Source of the DNA: Bdellovibrionales bacterium
Lineage (GTDB): Bacteria > Bdellovibrionota > Bdellovibrionia > Bdellovibrionales > UBA1609
Assembly (NCBI GenBank): GCA_965261545.1
Contig: CBDHDF010000007.1
Span: 352,001-416,000 of the forward strand
Direction: 5' to 3'
DNA length: 64,000 nt
Of the stretch, positions 50,436-61,025 are shown one piece after another (the stretch's first letter is position 1; each line of letters starts with the position of its first letter). The position numbers and the translations under genes were made by a program. The notes beneath the pieces were generated by a model. The model worked only from the letters and a program-made list of their open reading frames with translations. It was not told the DNA's origin and did no database searches.

Positions 50436-51966
50436 GTGTCTATGGGCAAACAAGGTAAGAAAAAAGGAGCAAGAATGATCAACAATATTAAGAAATACAT
50501 AGAGCTTGGACTCAGTTCGAGACAAATAGCTCGAGCTATGGGTGTTAGTCGGAACACTGTGAAGAAGTATGTGAAGGATAGTCCCGGAGGCCCTAACAGC
50601 CGCTCAAAGGGGTCGCATGGGCCCTACCAAGCCCCATGGTCATCCAAGGTGAATTGGACAGATGTTCGCCTCAAGCAAAGCCTAGGGACTCAATTGGCTC
50701 ATTACTGGGAGCGACATATTCAGTCCGAGATTGACGGTGTGAGTTATCTTTCTTTTTGGAGAGAGTTTCGTCGGAGGCACCCAAGTATAAAGCTTGATAT
50801 GCACCAGACATTCACCCCTGGTGAACGGAGCCCGGAGTGAGTTTGACTATAAGGGAAAAGACTCTTGTTTTGGCTATACAGATGCCAAGACTGGGGAGTT
50901 CATCCCATGTCGATTATTTGGAATGATACTTCCATCGAGTCAGTTTTTCTTTCCATGCGCCACATTAACAGAGCAGCGGGAAGATGTTTTTTCCTCCATA
51001 GCTTCTGGTTTTGAGTTTTTTGGTGGTGTGACCGGAACCATTGCTTTTGATAACGCAAAGGTTCAAGTGACAAGAGCTGATACTTATGACCCCGATATTA
51101 ACTCTGAGTTTCACCTCTTGTGTGATCACTACAATGTGGCTCCTTTGGCGATGAGGCCATCTCGCCCCAAAGACAAGAGTCTTATCGAAAATACCCTTGG
51201 AGTCTTTTGGCGCTGGTCTTGGCCCCAGATAAGAGAGCGGCAAATGTATTCTCTAGCAGACATCAACGCTGAGTTGAAGCATTTGGCAGCTATTTTCAAT
51301 GATCGTATTCAAAAAAAGTATGGGTTGAGTCGTCGACAGAAGTTTGAATCTTTTGAGAAGTCAAAATTGAATCCTCTTCCTGAAAGACGCTATGAGAGTG
51401 GATTCTGGAAGCATTCCAAGGTTCATCCGGATTGTCACATTCAATATAACTACAATTTTTACTCTGTTCCTTATAAGCATCGCGGCAAGAAGTTAGATAT
51501 TCGTATTAGCCAACAATGCTTGGAGGTTTATTCAGAATTAGAGCGGGTGGCGATACATCACATCCCCCAGGGAAGTCGAGGGCGCTACTTTACGACAAAA
51601 TCTCATCTCCCTGAGTCCCACCGGGCCATTTTAGAGCAAACGCCACAAAATGTACTTAAAGAGGCATCAAGCCTTGGAGAAAGCATTCACAAAGTTGCCG
51701 AGCGGCTTATCAAAGAGCCTCGCCATCCGCTTATGTATCTTCGTCGTGTTCAGGGGATACTCAATCTAAGAAAACGGTATTCAACAGCTTCTTTGGAGCA
51801 GGCTTGCTCATTTTTTGTAGATGCAGCTTTAAGTGACATTAGGGTTCGTGGAGTTGAGAAAGTCATTTCAGCAAAAAGTCATCGAAAAGAGGAGCCAAGA
51901 GTCTGCCGTCAACCTAATGAAAATTTAAGAGGTTCAGAGCACTGGGAGAATGCTTGCCGCCACTAA
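50436..51966 (+). pseudogene. istA: istA frameshifted by a 7-bp insertion
   Basis: Deleting 50831-50837 joins the two ORFs into PGERSEFDYKG. Confidence 0.85.
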
Positions 51967-52047
51967 TCACATAGCCCCGGTGGGTGGTTCTCAACCACCT
52001 AACGGGTCATTTTGACCTCCATAAGAGAGGTCGTATAGGAGAAGAAA

Positions 52048-52211
52048 ATGATTAAACAAACAGAAAATTTATTAGAGATATTAAAAATGAGGGGAGTTTT
52101 AGCAACCTTGAGCCAGAGGCTCAAAGAAGCTGAGGAGCAGGATCTTGGTTACGAGGACTTTCTAAATGTCATCTTTGAGGACGAAAAAATCCATCGTGAA
52201 AATCAGAAGGT
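52048..52211 (+). pseudogene. istB: istB 5' fragment
   Basis: LKMRGV...LGYEDFLNVIFEDE; cut by IS1634 F. Confidence 0.8.
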
Positions 52212-52900
52212 CCCGAGTTTGACAGCAGCATCTGCGTCAAACGAATGATATTAAAGGATTAACGCATATAGTTGTATTTTGTTTATCCACACTTGTGGGC
52301 ATTAAGGATTCTGGGAGGGATGGGGACGCCTGCGGCTTTAAATAAGGAGTTGGCATTGCCAGTGATATCTGTGCGGGTCCAAATGACTTGATCACGAATT
52401 TTAACAGGGATAGCCCTAACTTCCTTGAGTTCCCTCATGGCCTCTACAACAGTTAAAGGTCGCTCTTTAACATGACCAATGCCTATGGCTGGGCTTTTTA
52501 GGTTCATCTTCTTATCTCTTAAACATTTTGTAAGGTGAGCCTCACAAAGATAAGTTAAAAAGCATAGAGTTAAATGTCCAATAATCCTCTGGTCTGTCCA
52601 ATGGAAAACAGGACGTGTTTTCAAAGTCCCTTTTAACTCACCAAAAGCATCTTCAATTTTCCACAATTCTTTGTAGTTGATAATAATCTCATCTGCCGTC
52701 AAGTCTTTGACATTTGTAAGGACGGCAAAAAAACCATCAATTTTTTGGGTATATCCGAGTTTCTCAACAGAAAATGGGCCTAATTTCGACGTCGCAGAAT
52801 TACCGCATTAAAAACCAAGAAAATAATTCAATTTCCATGATTTATCCCCCTCATTACTTTACCCATAACAAAACCATGGTTTAATCTCTTAATTTACTTA

Positions 52901-54166
52901 TTGGAAAATAATACAGGAGATGCCATGGTCTTGAATAAGTTTATTATAAAGATGTTGAAATTATCATTCTTAAAAGTGACTTGGGTTAAATTTAAAAATC
53001 GAAATCAAGAACTTCACTTAGGGGTTAAACCCCATAAGAATGGCTGCCGCTGTCCTCATTGTGGACGCCGCTGTAAGATACTTAGATGCTTAGAAGAAAG
53101 AGTGTGGCGAGATATCGTCGTGTGCGGTACCCCCATTTATTTCCATTATTCTCCGAAGGAAGTTCTGTGTCCCACTCATGGTCGTATTATGGAGAGAATT
53201 CCTTGGGCCGACCACTTCAGTCGAGTCACCTATCGTCTGGAACTAACAATTCTGACCCTGACCAAGCAGATGACCCAAAAAGCCGTTTCAGAGCTTGTCA
53301 AGATACCCACATCCACCTTATCTGATCTTATTCATCGAATCATCCACAGGGAACGAGATGGTCACAAAATTCGTGGTTTGGAGGTCATTGGAGTCGATGA
53401 AATTTCTTATGCTAAGGGAAGGAAGTTTATTACCTTGATTTACGACATGAAGAAAGGCTGTGTCGTTTGGATTGGAAAAGGTAAGGGTAAGGAGACAATA
53501 GACTCCTTTTTTACAAAGGAACTCAGCCAATATCAGCGAGACAAAATTAGAGTGGCTTGTTGTGATATGGCTCAAGGCTACATCTCCTCTATCAAGGAGC
53601 ATTGTAAGAATGCTACTCTCGTTTTGGACAAATTTCACATTATTCAATCCCTCAACAGGGCTGTGGATGAGGTGAGAAAAGAAATTTGGAGAGATGCCTG
53701 CAAGAAGGACAGAAAGGCTATTAAGGGAACTCGCTGGTTGATAGCCTACAGTTCATCCTCTCGTAGTAAGGCCCAAACTCGTAAAATTAACCTCATGGAG
53801 AAATCTAACAATAAAATATTCAGAGCATGGCTGCTTAAAGATAATTTTGAGCATTTCTGGGATTATGTGAGTCCAGGTCATGCTGCGAATTTTCTGAATG
53901 CCTGGATCACTCGTGCCTTAAGATCACGCATTGATTCTATGAAAAAGTTTGCCTTGATGCTCAGGAAGCACCAAGAAAATATTCTTTCCTTCATTAAAGA
54001 TCCTGTCACAAATGCCAAGGCTGAGGGAATCAATCGCCTTCTAAAGATCATAAAAAATCGGGCTTCAGGATTTAAGAACCTACAGGGTTTTGAGAATATG
54101 ATTTACTTGTGTGCTGGGGATTTGGATATTGTTGGAAGTTTCCCCAAGCGTTTTTGTACATTATAG
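52901..54166 (+). CDS. ISL3-family transposase
   Basis: CPHC zinc finger, IGVDE, CDM, LDKFH, TNAKAEGINRLLK. Confidence 0.92.
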   Translation: MENNTGDAMVLNKFIIKMLKLSFLKVTWVKFKNRNQELHLGVKPHKNGCRCPHCGRRCKILRCLEERVWRDIVVCGTPIYFHYSPKEVLCPTHGRIMERIPWADHFSRVTYRLELTILTLTKQMTQKAVSELVKIPTSTLSDLIHRIIHRERDGHKIRGLEVIGVDEISYAKGRKFITLIYDMKKGCVVWIGKGKGKETIDSFFTKELSQYQRDKIRVACCDMAQGYISSIKEHCKNATLVLDKFHIIQSLNRAVDEVRKEIWRDACKKDRKAIKGTRWLIAYSSSSRSKAQTRKINLMEKSNNKIFRAWLLKDNFEHFWDYVSPGHAANFLNAWITRALRSRIDSMKKFALMLRKHQENILSFIKDPVTNAKAEGINRLLKIIKNRASGFKNLQGFENMIYLCAGDLDIVGSFPKRFCTL

Positions 54167-54228
54167 TTTTTATTGTCGATCAACATTTCTTTTTCCAATT
54201 CACCTCCCCATACTAACTCCGCCAAGAT

Positions 54229-54334
54229 GAGTCAGTTATCCACAGACTCATCCATGGCGACGCTGCGGCTATGGCCCTCGGAGCCACAATAAAGCAGCGC
54301 TGCTGTGGGTGAGTCTTGTGGATAACGGCGGCTC
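54229..54334. other. Conserved ~100-nt imperfect palindrome with DnaA-box arms (in ISL3)
   Basis: GTTATCCACAGACTCA...TGAGTCTTGTGGATAAC; homologous to the reverse complement of 41687-41784. Confidence 0.8.
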
Positions 54335-55952
54335 TCCACACAAGTGATTTGGTAGCCCTGTCCTCCGTGTTTTTATGTACAAATCTTAGGAATAACCTGT
54401 ACATCCAGTTTTTAGCTATTTCCCTAGGGAATTTGGACTTTAAGCTCCGAGAAACTCGGATATAGCCAATTTTTTCATCTAATTCTATTTGTTCTGCATT
54501 TAATTCAGGTTTTTTATTTTTGTCGTCAGCCATCTTTACATATTTCTTATAACCTTTATTGGAAACAAAAGTACTAGACTGAACACCTTTAGAAGATAGT
54601 TTTCCTTCGATCTTTTCAAGAAGGGATTCTCTAGATTTTTTATCCCTCTCTGCTCTTTTCCTAGACCAAGTCACAATACATCTATGCCCCCCATGGTCTG
54701 TTTCGTAAACAGCAAGCTCATTCTCATATACCCAGCTAAAACGATTTAAATCATAGACCTCTTGTTTCTTTTCTTTTTTTAAAGATCCAAGCTTCATACC
54801 AACAATAAACTCGCTTTGATCCTCACTGAGTTTGTCAGTATTAGCCTTTGATAAAAGCCCCCTATCAGCCACAAAAATGAAACGGCGTACATTAAACTTT
54901 TTTCTCATTTTATCAACAATATCTGAAAGCGTCTTGCCTTCAAAAGTATTACCAGGGAAAACCTCAAAACCTAAAGGGATGCCATCCCGATTCACCAACA
55001 AACCAAAGACAACTTGGGTGCAGTCTGATCGTCTCTCTTTACTATAGCCAAATTGACGAAGTTTCCCTAAGTCTGTTCTTGTACTCTCGAAGCGTAAGGT
55101 TGTTAAATCATACAACACAATGTCTACTTGGAAATTAAATAAATCTCGCCCCACCCAATAAAGCGAGTTCTCTATTTCATCCTTATGGGAGGCAAGTAAG
55201 TCCATAGACCGATAAATATGCTGGAGACTCAAATCACCCTTAATCATGTCTGGGTAAAAAGATTTTTGCCAATACTCAAAAACCTTTAACTTGGAACTAG
55301 GAGCAATAAATCGGATGGCAACTAAGGTAAAAATCACCTTACATAAATCAAATTGAACTTTCTCATGAGAATCTTTTATGTCTTTGAGGGTCTTATTGAT
55401 ACCCAGTTGATCAAACAACTTTTGTAAAATCAGCAAGGGACCCAAAATGAAAGTCTCTTCGATGTAAAGCTCCTTAGCCAATTGACTCACAGTGAGAAGC
55501 TCTCGGTGGCGGGATACGGCCTGCGCCAAACTATTAATCTTATCCTCTCCTCCTTCTCCAGCCTTACCTAAGGACATGAGCATGCGTTTTTTGGATTTGC
55601 CTTTTTCTCTGTAGGACTCCACAAGGTGGTAGTAGCACTGACCTTTTGAGTTTTTAGTCGTTTGGATGTACATGAGGATATTTTCTACATATTTCTATGA
55701 TATATCAATATTTAAAACGATAAAATCCTATTTTGTTTTCTACACTTTTTTTACGTCAATTTTAATTTTTCCAGCAGCTACCATTATATTTCAGTACAAC
55801 CCCAATTTCTGGAAATTTCGCATTTTAACGCAGATGCTGCTGTCAAACTCGGGATGTAGTAGATACATGTATCTTCGAGTATTGACAAGGGGGGCAAGAA
55901 TCATTTATCGCATATGGCAACGGACGAGATGTTCGAGTTCTAAATATTCAAG

Positions 55953-56870
55953 GTGTTCGAAATATTGAAACTTTGGCGATCTGCACAATACTGTATTCTT
56001 ACTTGGTTTTTACGGGCACTTGCCTGGTGTCCTCCCATCTGGCACGTTCCCATGGGGAGATGTCTTGGAGCCTTGGCTCAATGCCTCGCCGTACGTCGAC
56101 GACAAATTGTCGCCATCAATCTAGCTCACTGCTTTCCCGAACTCAGCCCTGAAGAGCGTAAGTCCCTTCTCCAAAAACATTTTTTCTCCCTAGGGCTTGC
56201 TCTCATTGAAACCGCCATGGCCTGGTATGCCCCAGCCTCCTTTTTACGAAAGTGGGTGGATATTGAGGGAGGTGAGCATCTTCATGCCGCCATGGCCAAG
56301 GGAAAGGGGGTTCTTCTTTTAGCCGGTCACTTTACAACCCTGGAAATATGTGGAGCTCGCCTTGGCCTAGAATTTTCTTTTATAGACTGCATGTACCGCT
56401 CCCATAAAAACCCATGGATGGAGCAAACCATGCAAAGGCGAGGGCGTTTTGGAGTCCATCTTATTGACAACAAGAATGTACGAAAACTCCTCCATCGCCT
56501 CAAGTCCAATCGAGCTATATGGTATGCCCCTGACCAGGACAGGGGCCTTCACAATCCATCCGTCTTTGCCCCCTTCTTTCAACGGCCCACAGCCACTCTC
56601 ACAGCCACTTCTCGCATTGCCAAGGCCAGCGGAGCCCCTGTCCTCCCTTTTCGAATGGAACGAAGCCCTCTCGGCAACAGATGCTTCTATCGGGCCATCA
56701 TTGAGCCTCCACTCCCCCACTTTCCAAGTGGTGATGATTTGGTCGACGCCACACAGGTCAACAAAGTCATTGAAGGATGGGTGCGCCAGTGTCCCGAACA
56801 GTACTTTTGGGTGCACCGCCGATTCAAAACCTCACCCCCAGGAGAACCTAGTTTATACGGCCATCTGTGA
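55953..56870 (+). CDS. lpxL: Lipid A biosynthesis lauroyl/late acyltransferase
   Basis: LLLAGHFTTLE, WYAPDQD, FAPFF, PEQYFWVHRRFK. Confidence 0.85.
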   Translation: MFEILKLWRSAQYCILTWFLRALAWCPPIWHVPMGRCLGALAQCLAVRRRQIVAINLAHCFPELSPEERKSLLQKHFFSLGLALIETAMAWYAPASFLRKWVDIEGGEHLHAAMAKGKGVLLLAGHFTTLEICGARLGLEFSFIDCMYRSHKNPWMEQTMQRRGRFGVHLIDNKNVRKLLHRLKSNRAIWYAPDQDRGLHNPSVFAPFFQRPTATLTATSRIAKASGAPVLPFRMERSPLGNRCFYRAIIEPPLPHFPSGDDLVDATQVNKVIEGWVRQCPEQYFWVHRRFKTSPPGEPSLYGHL

Positions 56871-57060
56871 GTTCAGGCGACTTGATGTGGCCTACCATCG
56901 TATGGACCTCATAAATAAACGAGACCAATTCGAGCAATGCTGCTTAATTGTAATGGTAGGGCTAAAAGTATTGATTTGTTCACCATAACTCAGTAGAATG
57001 TAATTAATTCCTGCTTTTAATTTAAGCTCTTAATTTAAAATTTAACTAGAGGAGTATAAA

Positions 57061-58326
57061 ATGAACAAAGCTATTGTTTCTTTTTTGATGGTATTTCTGA
57101 TGGCCACCACTATTGTTATTTATCAAAATTGTGATTCCTCTTTGCCTCCTTCAGACACCAACGAGAGATTAAGCATGACTAAGAATAAGATTCGCTTCAC
57201 CAACGCACCACAAATTGACCTTCCATCGAATACGCTGCAAGGTTCTGGAACCTGCTCTTTCACCAGCGAAGATGATGACGCCGGTCATCTCACTTGGACC
57301 GTTGCAATGACTTCTTGTCCCGTTTGCACTCCCTACACTTTTATCGAAAAAAATGGCTGTGACGATGGAACTTTTAGCCACGCAAGGCCTCTTCCTCTAT
57401 CTATACATGCAGATTCAGCGCAAGATACCTACACAGTTAAGGTGGCCCTCACTAACAGCACCGCAAAATCCCCCATTCAACACACTCTCAACGCTGTGAT
57501 CACAGGGTCTCCCACTCCCCCAGGACCAACTCCCCCAGGACCAACTCCCCCAGGACCAACTCCCCCAGGGCCAACTCCCCCAGGACCAACTCCCCCAGGG
57601 CCAACTCCCCCAGGACCAACTCCCCCAGGGCCAACTCCCCCAGGACCAACTCCCCCAGGGCCAACAACTCCATCTATCACCAAAAACTTACCAACGGCAC
57701 AACTCACAGCCATAGCAGGCTCCAATATCCCCATGAACATCACGGTTTCAGGCAGTGGTAGCTATAGATATCAATGGTTTGTGAATGGGGCCCCTGTCTC
57801 TGGAGCCACTAAAAATAATCTACGCCTCAACCCCATTCAACTCACAGATGCCGGCCGATACCATGTGGTCGTCACTCTTCCTAACGGAAAAACTCTCACA
57901 TCCAAGGCCCGTCCCATCAAGGTGGTAGAATATCGTTGGGTGAATACGACAGACTCTAAAACGACAAAATACAGTCACATTAACAAAAATCATCGACAGG
58001 TCTGCGAGGCAGATAATTCTAGCATCGCCACGGAGGACCAAGGTTATGGGATTTGTGCCAGTGGAGAAAACAGACCCCGCCAAGGAACCAACTACCTAAG
58101 GATCAGCTATAAATTCGGAACCTCGGGCGCAAATCAAAGAGGAGGAAATACTATTGCCACCTATTCATATGATGTCTCATGCAACAAGGCAGGCTGTACC
58201 ACCGGCCAAGGATACGCCTGTTGGTATAACCAAGTCATCAATGGTCGCCAGCACAACCAACGCCGTGACAATGACAAAACAGACCGTGTGGTGGCCTATC
58301 TATGCCGAAGAGTTCAGACCCCTTAA
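57061..58326 (+). CDS. Secreted/lipoprotein-like protein with PTPPG linker and Ig-like domain
   Basis: GAGGAG RBS; hydrophobic leader ending YQNC; YQWFVNG...DAGRYHVVV Ig motif; Cys-rich C-terminus. Confidence 0.85.
   Translation: MNKAIVSFLMVFLMATTIVIYQNCDSSLPPSDTNERLSMTKNKIRFTNAPQIDLPSNTLQGSGTCSFTSEDDDAGHLTWTVAMTSCPVCTPYTFIEKNGCDDGTFSHARPLPLSIHADSAQDTYTVKVALTNSTAKSPIQHTLNAVITGSPTPPGPTPPGPTPPGPTPPGPTPPGPTPPGPTPPGPTPPGPTPPGPTPPGPTTPSITKNLPTAQLTAIAGSNIPMNITVSGSGSYRYQWFVNGAPVSGATKNNLRLNPIQLTDAGRYHVVVTLPNGKTLTSKARPIKVVEYRWVNTTDSKTTKYSHINKNHRQVCEADNSSIATEDQGYGICASGENRPRQGTNYLRISYKFGTSGANQRGGNTIATYSYDVSCNKAGCTTGQGYACWYNQVINGRQHNQRRDNDKTDRVVAYLCRRVQTP
57511..57660 (+). repeat. 10 x 15-bp coding tandem repeat (PTPPG)
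   Basis: CCAACTCCCCCAGG(A/G) units. Confidence 0.95.
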
Positions 58327-58356
58327 TGACGCCGATAATCTGATGCTAATGCTGCG

Positions 58357-60909
58357 ATGGTCTTGAGTTTAAAGAAGAGAAAGAGCCAAGATTTACAGGC
58401 GCCTAAACCTCCTCGTCCATGTCACCTATTCTTTCTCTTGGCCGGATTGTCAGGTTCTTGTGGCTTAGCCTATGAAATCATTTACTCACGACTTTTTTCA
58501 AACTACTTTGGTGATACCTTTTTGGTTAGTGGCATTATTCTTTCCTCTGTTTTCATGGGTATTTCCTTTGGAGCCTGGAAAAGTGGCCAATTTATAAATC
58601 GGCTTGCTTATATTGAATATGGTATCGGTCTTTATGCCTTTTGCGTGCCCACTCTTTTCTCCTTCTATGGTTTTTATATCTCCGATTTCGGTGGAAGTTT
58701 GACACTCAAGATTTACCAACTTGTTGTGCTTCTCTTTATCCCAAGCTTTCTTATTGGCAGCTGCGTGCCATTATTTTCTCAGTATATCCACACTTTTGGC
58801 CGCCACAAAAATTTTGCATTTGCAGCTGTCTATGCCACCTATAACTTTGGAGCTTTTCTAAGCGTCATAGCCATAGAGTTCATCCTACTCCGCCAATGGG
58901 GGATTTTATGGACCTCCTATTTCATTGGGATCATCAATATCTTTATTGGCACCACTCTATGGTTGTCAAAAAATCAAGTAAAGCTTGAAGTTTTTCAAAA
59001 ACGACATTTTCATCGTCCTGTGGCTATCAGCTTATTCTTGGCGAGCTTTGCTAGCGGTATTTTTCAACTATATGTATTGCAAATATCATCTCACATTTTT
59101 GGTCCTCTTCACGAAAACCTTGCTATTATCTTGCTATCGGCAATACTCGGAATTGTCATAGGGTCTCTACTCGCCAAGAACAAAACTGGATATATCCAAA
59201 AAACTCTTTCCTTAGAAATATCTCTGATTGCAAGTGCCTTTGCTTGCTTGCTTTTCTTACTCCTTTTGTCTTCTTTTATATCCACGGCTTTTTCAGTCTT
59301 GCACATCTCCTATCTAAAAGAATGGCCATTGATCACAAAGACTTTGTTGCTAACAATCTATCCTCTCCCTTTATTTATAACCTTTGGAACATGGTTGCCC
59401 CTGGTGGTAAAATATCATAAAAATCACGTTGATATCTCTGGTTCAGCTCTTGCTTTATCTAGCCTCGCCAATGGATTAGGGATGCTCTTTATGTTTCTCC
59501 TTCTGTATCGTTATTTAACCCTTCTACAAATCGGTATTTTTATTTTTGCTCTACTAACTCTCAGCTACTTGATTTTAAATCAAAACCAAAAAAATCATCC
59601 AAGAAAAAGTCCAAAGCATAGTACAAAAAATAGTCCAAAGAATCCAAGGAATAGAAGGAATAGTCAGATAAATTTTGCAAGAGTGATTCAATGCTTTTTT
59701 ATCGCCGGGGTTTTCATCCCAGGTATTTTCTATCTCTGGCCCCAAAAAACTCTGCTTCTTGGTGAAATGGCCTTATACAAATATAAATCACTTGAAATGA
59801 TAAAGGAAAACTTTAAAGAAGTTATTTTCTACAAATCTTTTGATCAGAATGCATCTATTATTTCATTTAAAGATGGTAAAAAAATGCTTATACTCAATGG
59901 CTATCATAGCCTAACATTTCATCCTCCTTATAGTAAAACAGTTCTCCACGAGATGATCGTTGGCGCTTCCCCTGTTCTTTTTAGCCAAGACACAAAACAG
60001 GCCCTCGTATTCGGCCTCGGGTCTGGCATCACGGCCGGCGCAACAGCCAAGCTGTACGACTCTACAAAGGTTGTTGAAATTAATCCTGCTATGCTAAATA
60101 TCCCTCAGCATTTTAAAGAAGAAAATCAAAATATTATAGCGGACAAAAACGTAGATATCGCCCTAGAAGATGGCATTTCTACTTTGTTGAATGAAAATAA
60201 GTTCTACGATGCCATTATCAACACAGTCACAAGCCCTAAATACTATTCATCAAGTAAGCTCTACACCCAAGAATTCTATCAAATTGTCCTATCCCGACTC
60301 AAAAAAGGGGGTGTTTACTCAAGCTATTTTTCTTTAAACGCATCTCCAGGTGGCATTAGTGTTATGTTGAACACATTGGAATCCACTTTTGATAAATGTC
60401 GTTATTTTATTTTATTCACTGGGTACTTTAATGTCGTATGTGGAATGAACACAGCCACCCACCCCTCCACCCATCGGGGTTCTGGGTTGTCCTATATGCC
60501 ACCAGAAATCATCATGGAACGCACAAGAAGGTCCTATTTAATGAAGCAATTTCGTAAATTTAAATTTCAAGATGATTTGCATAAGACGATGCGCGCCCTG
60601 GAAATTGATTTGAGTGATAATTTCTTCCAAAGATCTTTACCAGATATAAACACACTCAATTTACCCCTACTAGAATTTATGTATCAATCACCTTTTAAAG
60701 TCAATGTAGACGCTGAAAAAATAATAGATGCAATTACGAAGAACATTGAATTTCGACAAACGAGAGATTCTTCTGATTCCAATGGTTCCGAATGGAAATA
60801 CGCCTGCCGCACAATGCAGAATATGAGCACCACCCACTTCTCCCAAGCTATTCCAGCACCTTTTGAAGAATTCGACTGCCGAGATTCTTCCATGCAAGGG
60901 GGCGAATAG
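58357..60909 (+). CDS. Membrane-fused spermidine-synthase-like SAM-binding protein
   Basis: LSGSCGLAYE, many TM helices, LVFGLGSGITAG, VVEINP, LYTQEFY. Confidence 0.85.
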   Translation: MVLSLKKRKSQDLQAPKPPRPCHLFFLLAGLSGSCGLAYEIIYSRLFSNYFGDTFLVSGIILSSVFMGISFGAWKSGQFINRLAYIEYGIGLYAFCVPTLFSFYGFYISDFGGSLTLKIYQLVVLLFIPSFLIGSCVPLFSQYIHTFGRHKNFAFAAVYATYNFGAFLSVIAIEFILLRQWGILWTSYFIGIINIFIGTTLWLSKNQVKLEVFQKRHFHRPVAISLFLASFASGIFQLYVLQISSHIFGPLHENLAIILLSAILGIVIGSLLAKNKTGYIQKTLSLEISLIASAFACLLFLLLLSSFISTAFSVLHISYLKEWPLITKTLLLTIYPLPLFITFGTWLPLVVKYHKNHVDISGSALALSSLANGLGMLFMFLLLYRYLTLLQIGIFIFALLTLSYLILNQNQKNHPRKSPKHSTKNSPKNPRNRRNSQINFARVIQCFFIAGVFIPGIFYLWPQKTLLLGEMALYKYKSLEMIKENFKEVIFYKSFDQNASIISFKDGKKMLILNGYHSLTFHPPYSKTVLHEMIVGASPVLFSQDTKQALVFGLGSGITAGATAKLYDSTKVVEINPAMLNIPQHFKEENQNIIADKNVDIALEDGISTLLNENKFYDAIINTVTSPKYYSSSKLYTQEFYQIVLSRLKKGGVYSSYFSLNASPGGISVMLNTLESTFDKCRYFILFTGYFNVVCGMNTATHPSTHRGSGLSYMPPEIIMERTRRSYLMKQFRKFKFQDDLHKTMRALEIDLSDNFFQRSLPDINTLNLPLLEFMYQSPFKVNVDAEKIIDAITKNIEFRQTRDSSDSNGSEWKYACRTMQNMSTTHFSQAIPAPFEEFDCRDSSMQGGE

Positions 60910-61025
60910 GGAAGAAATCCCCAAAGTAAACATAAGAATAAGCTGGGGCATGGGACAAAAGTCTAGTGGTGGTTATAAAGGTTTGCCAATAGGTGGAGCA
61001 ATCAGGTTAGAATGTAGCTACTCCC

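Larger units (their letters stand above)
50290..52211 (+). mobile_element. IS21-family element E (3'-truncated)
   Basis: TG start; four 24-bp ATTTCAC...TTGACCCAC repeats at 50295-50390; istA plus the 5' part of istB. Confidence 0.85.
52747..54467 (+). mobile_element. ISL3-family element
   Basis: IR GG(G/C)TATATCCGAGTTTCTC; 8-bp DR AATTTTTT. Confidence 0.9.
52212..55853 (-). mobile_element. IS1634-family element F interrupted by ISL3; right border of the nest
   Basis: 26-bp IR CCCGAGTTTGACAGCAGCATCTGCGT; no DR. Transposase split into 55673-54476 and 52746-52283 (LYDLTTLRFE, VADRGL, YKELWKIEDAF). Confidence 0.88.

Noticed and set aside
54213..54467. C-terminal extension of the IS1634 F ORF, and similar junction ORFs (15894-16082, 37475-37894, start of 42063)
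   Set aside because: Chimeric read-through across insertion junctions.
57477..57743. Elastin/silk-like GPGGV protein on the minus strand
   Set aside because: Antisense shadow of the PTPPG repeat.
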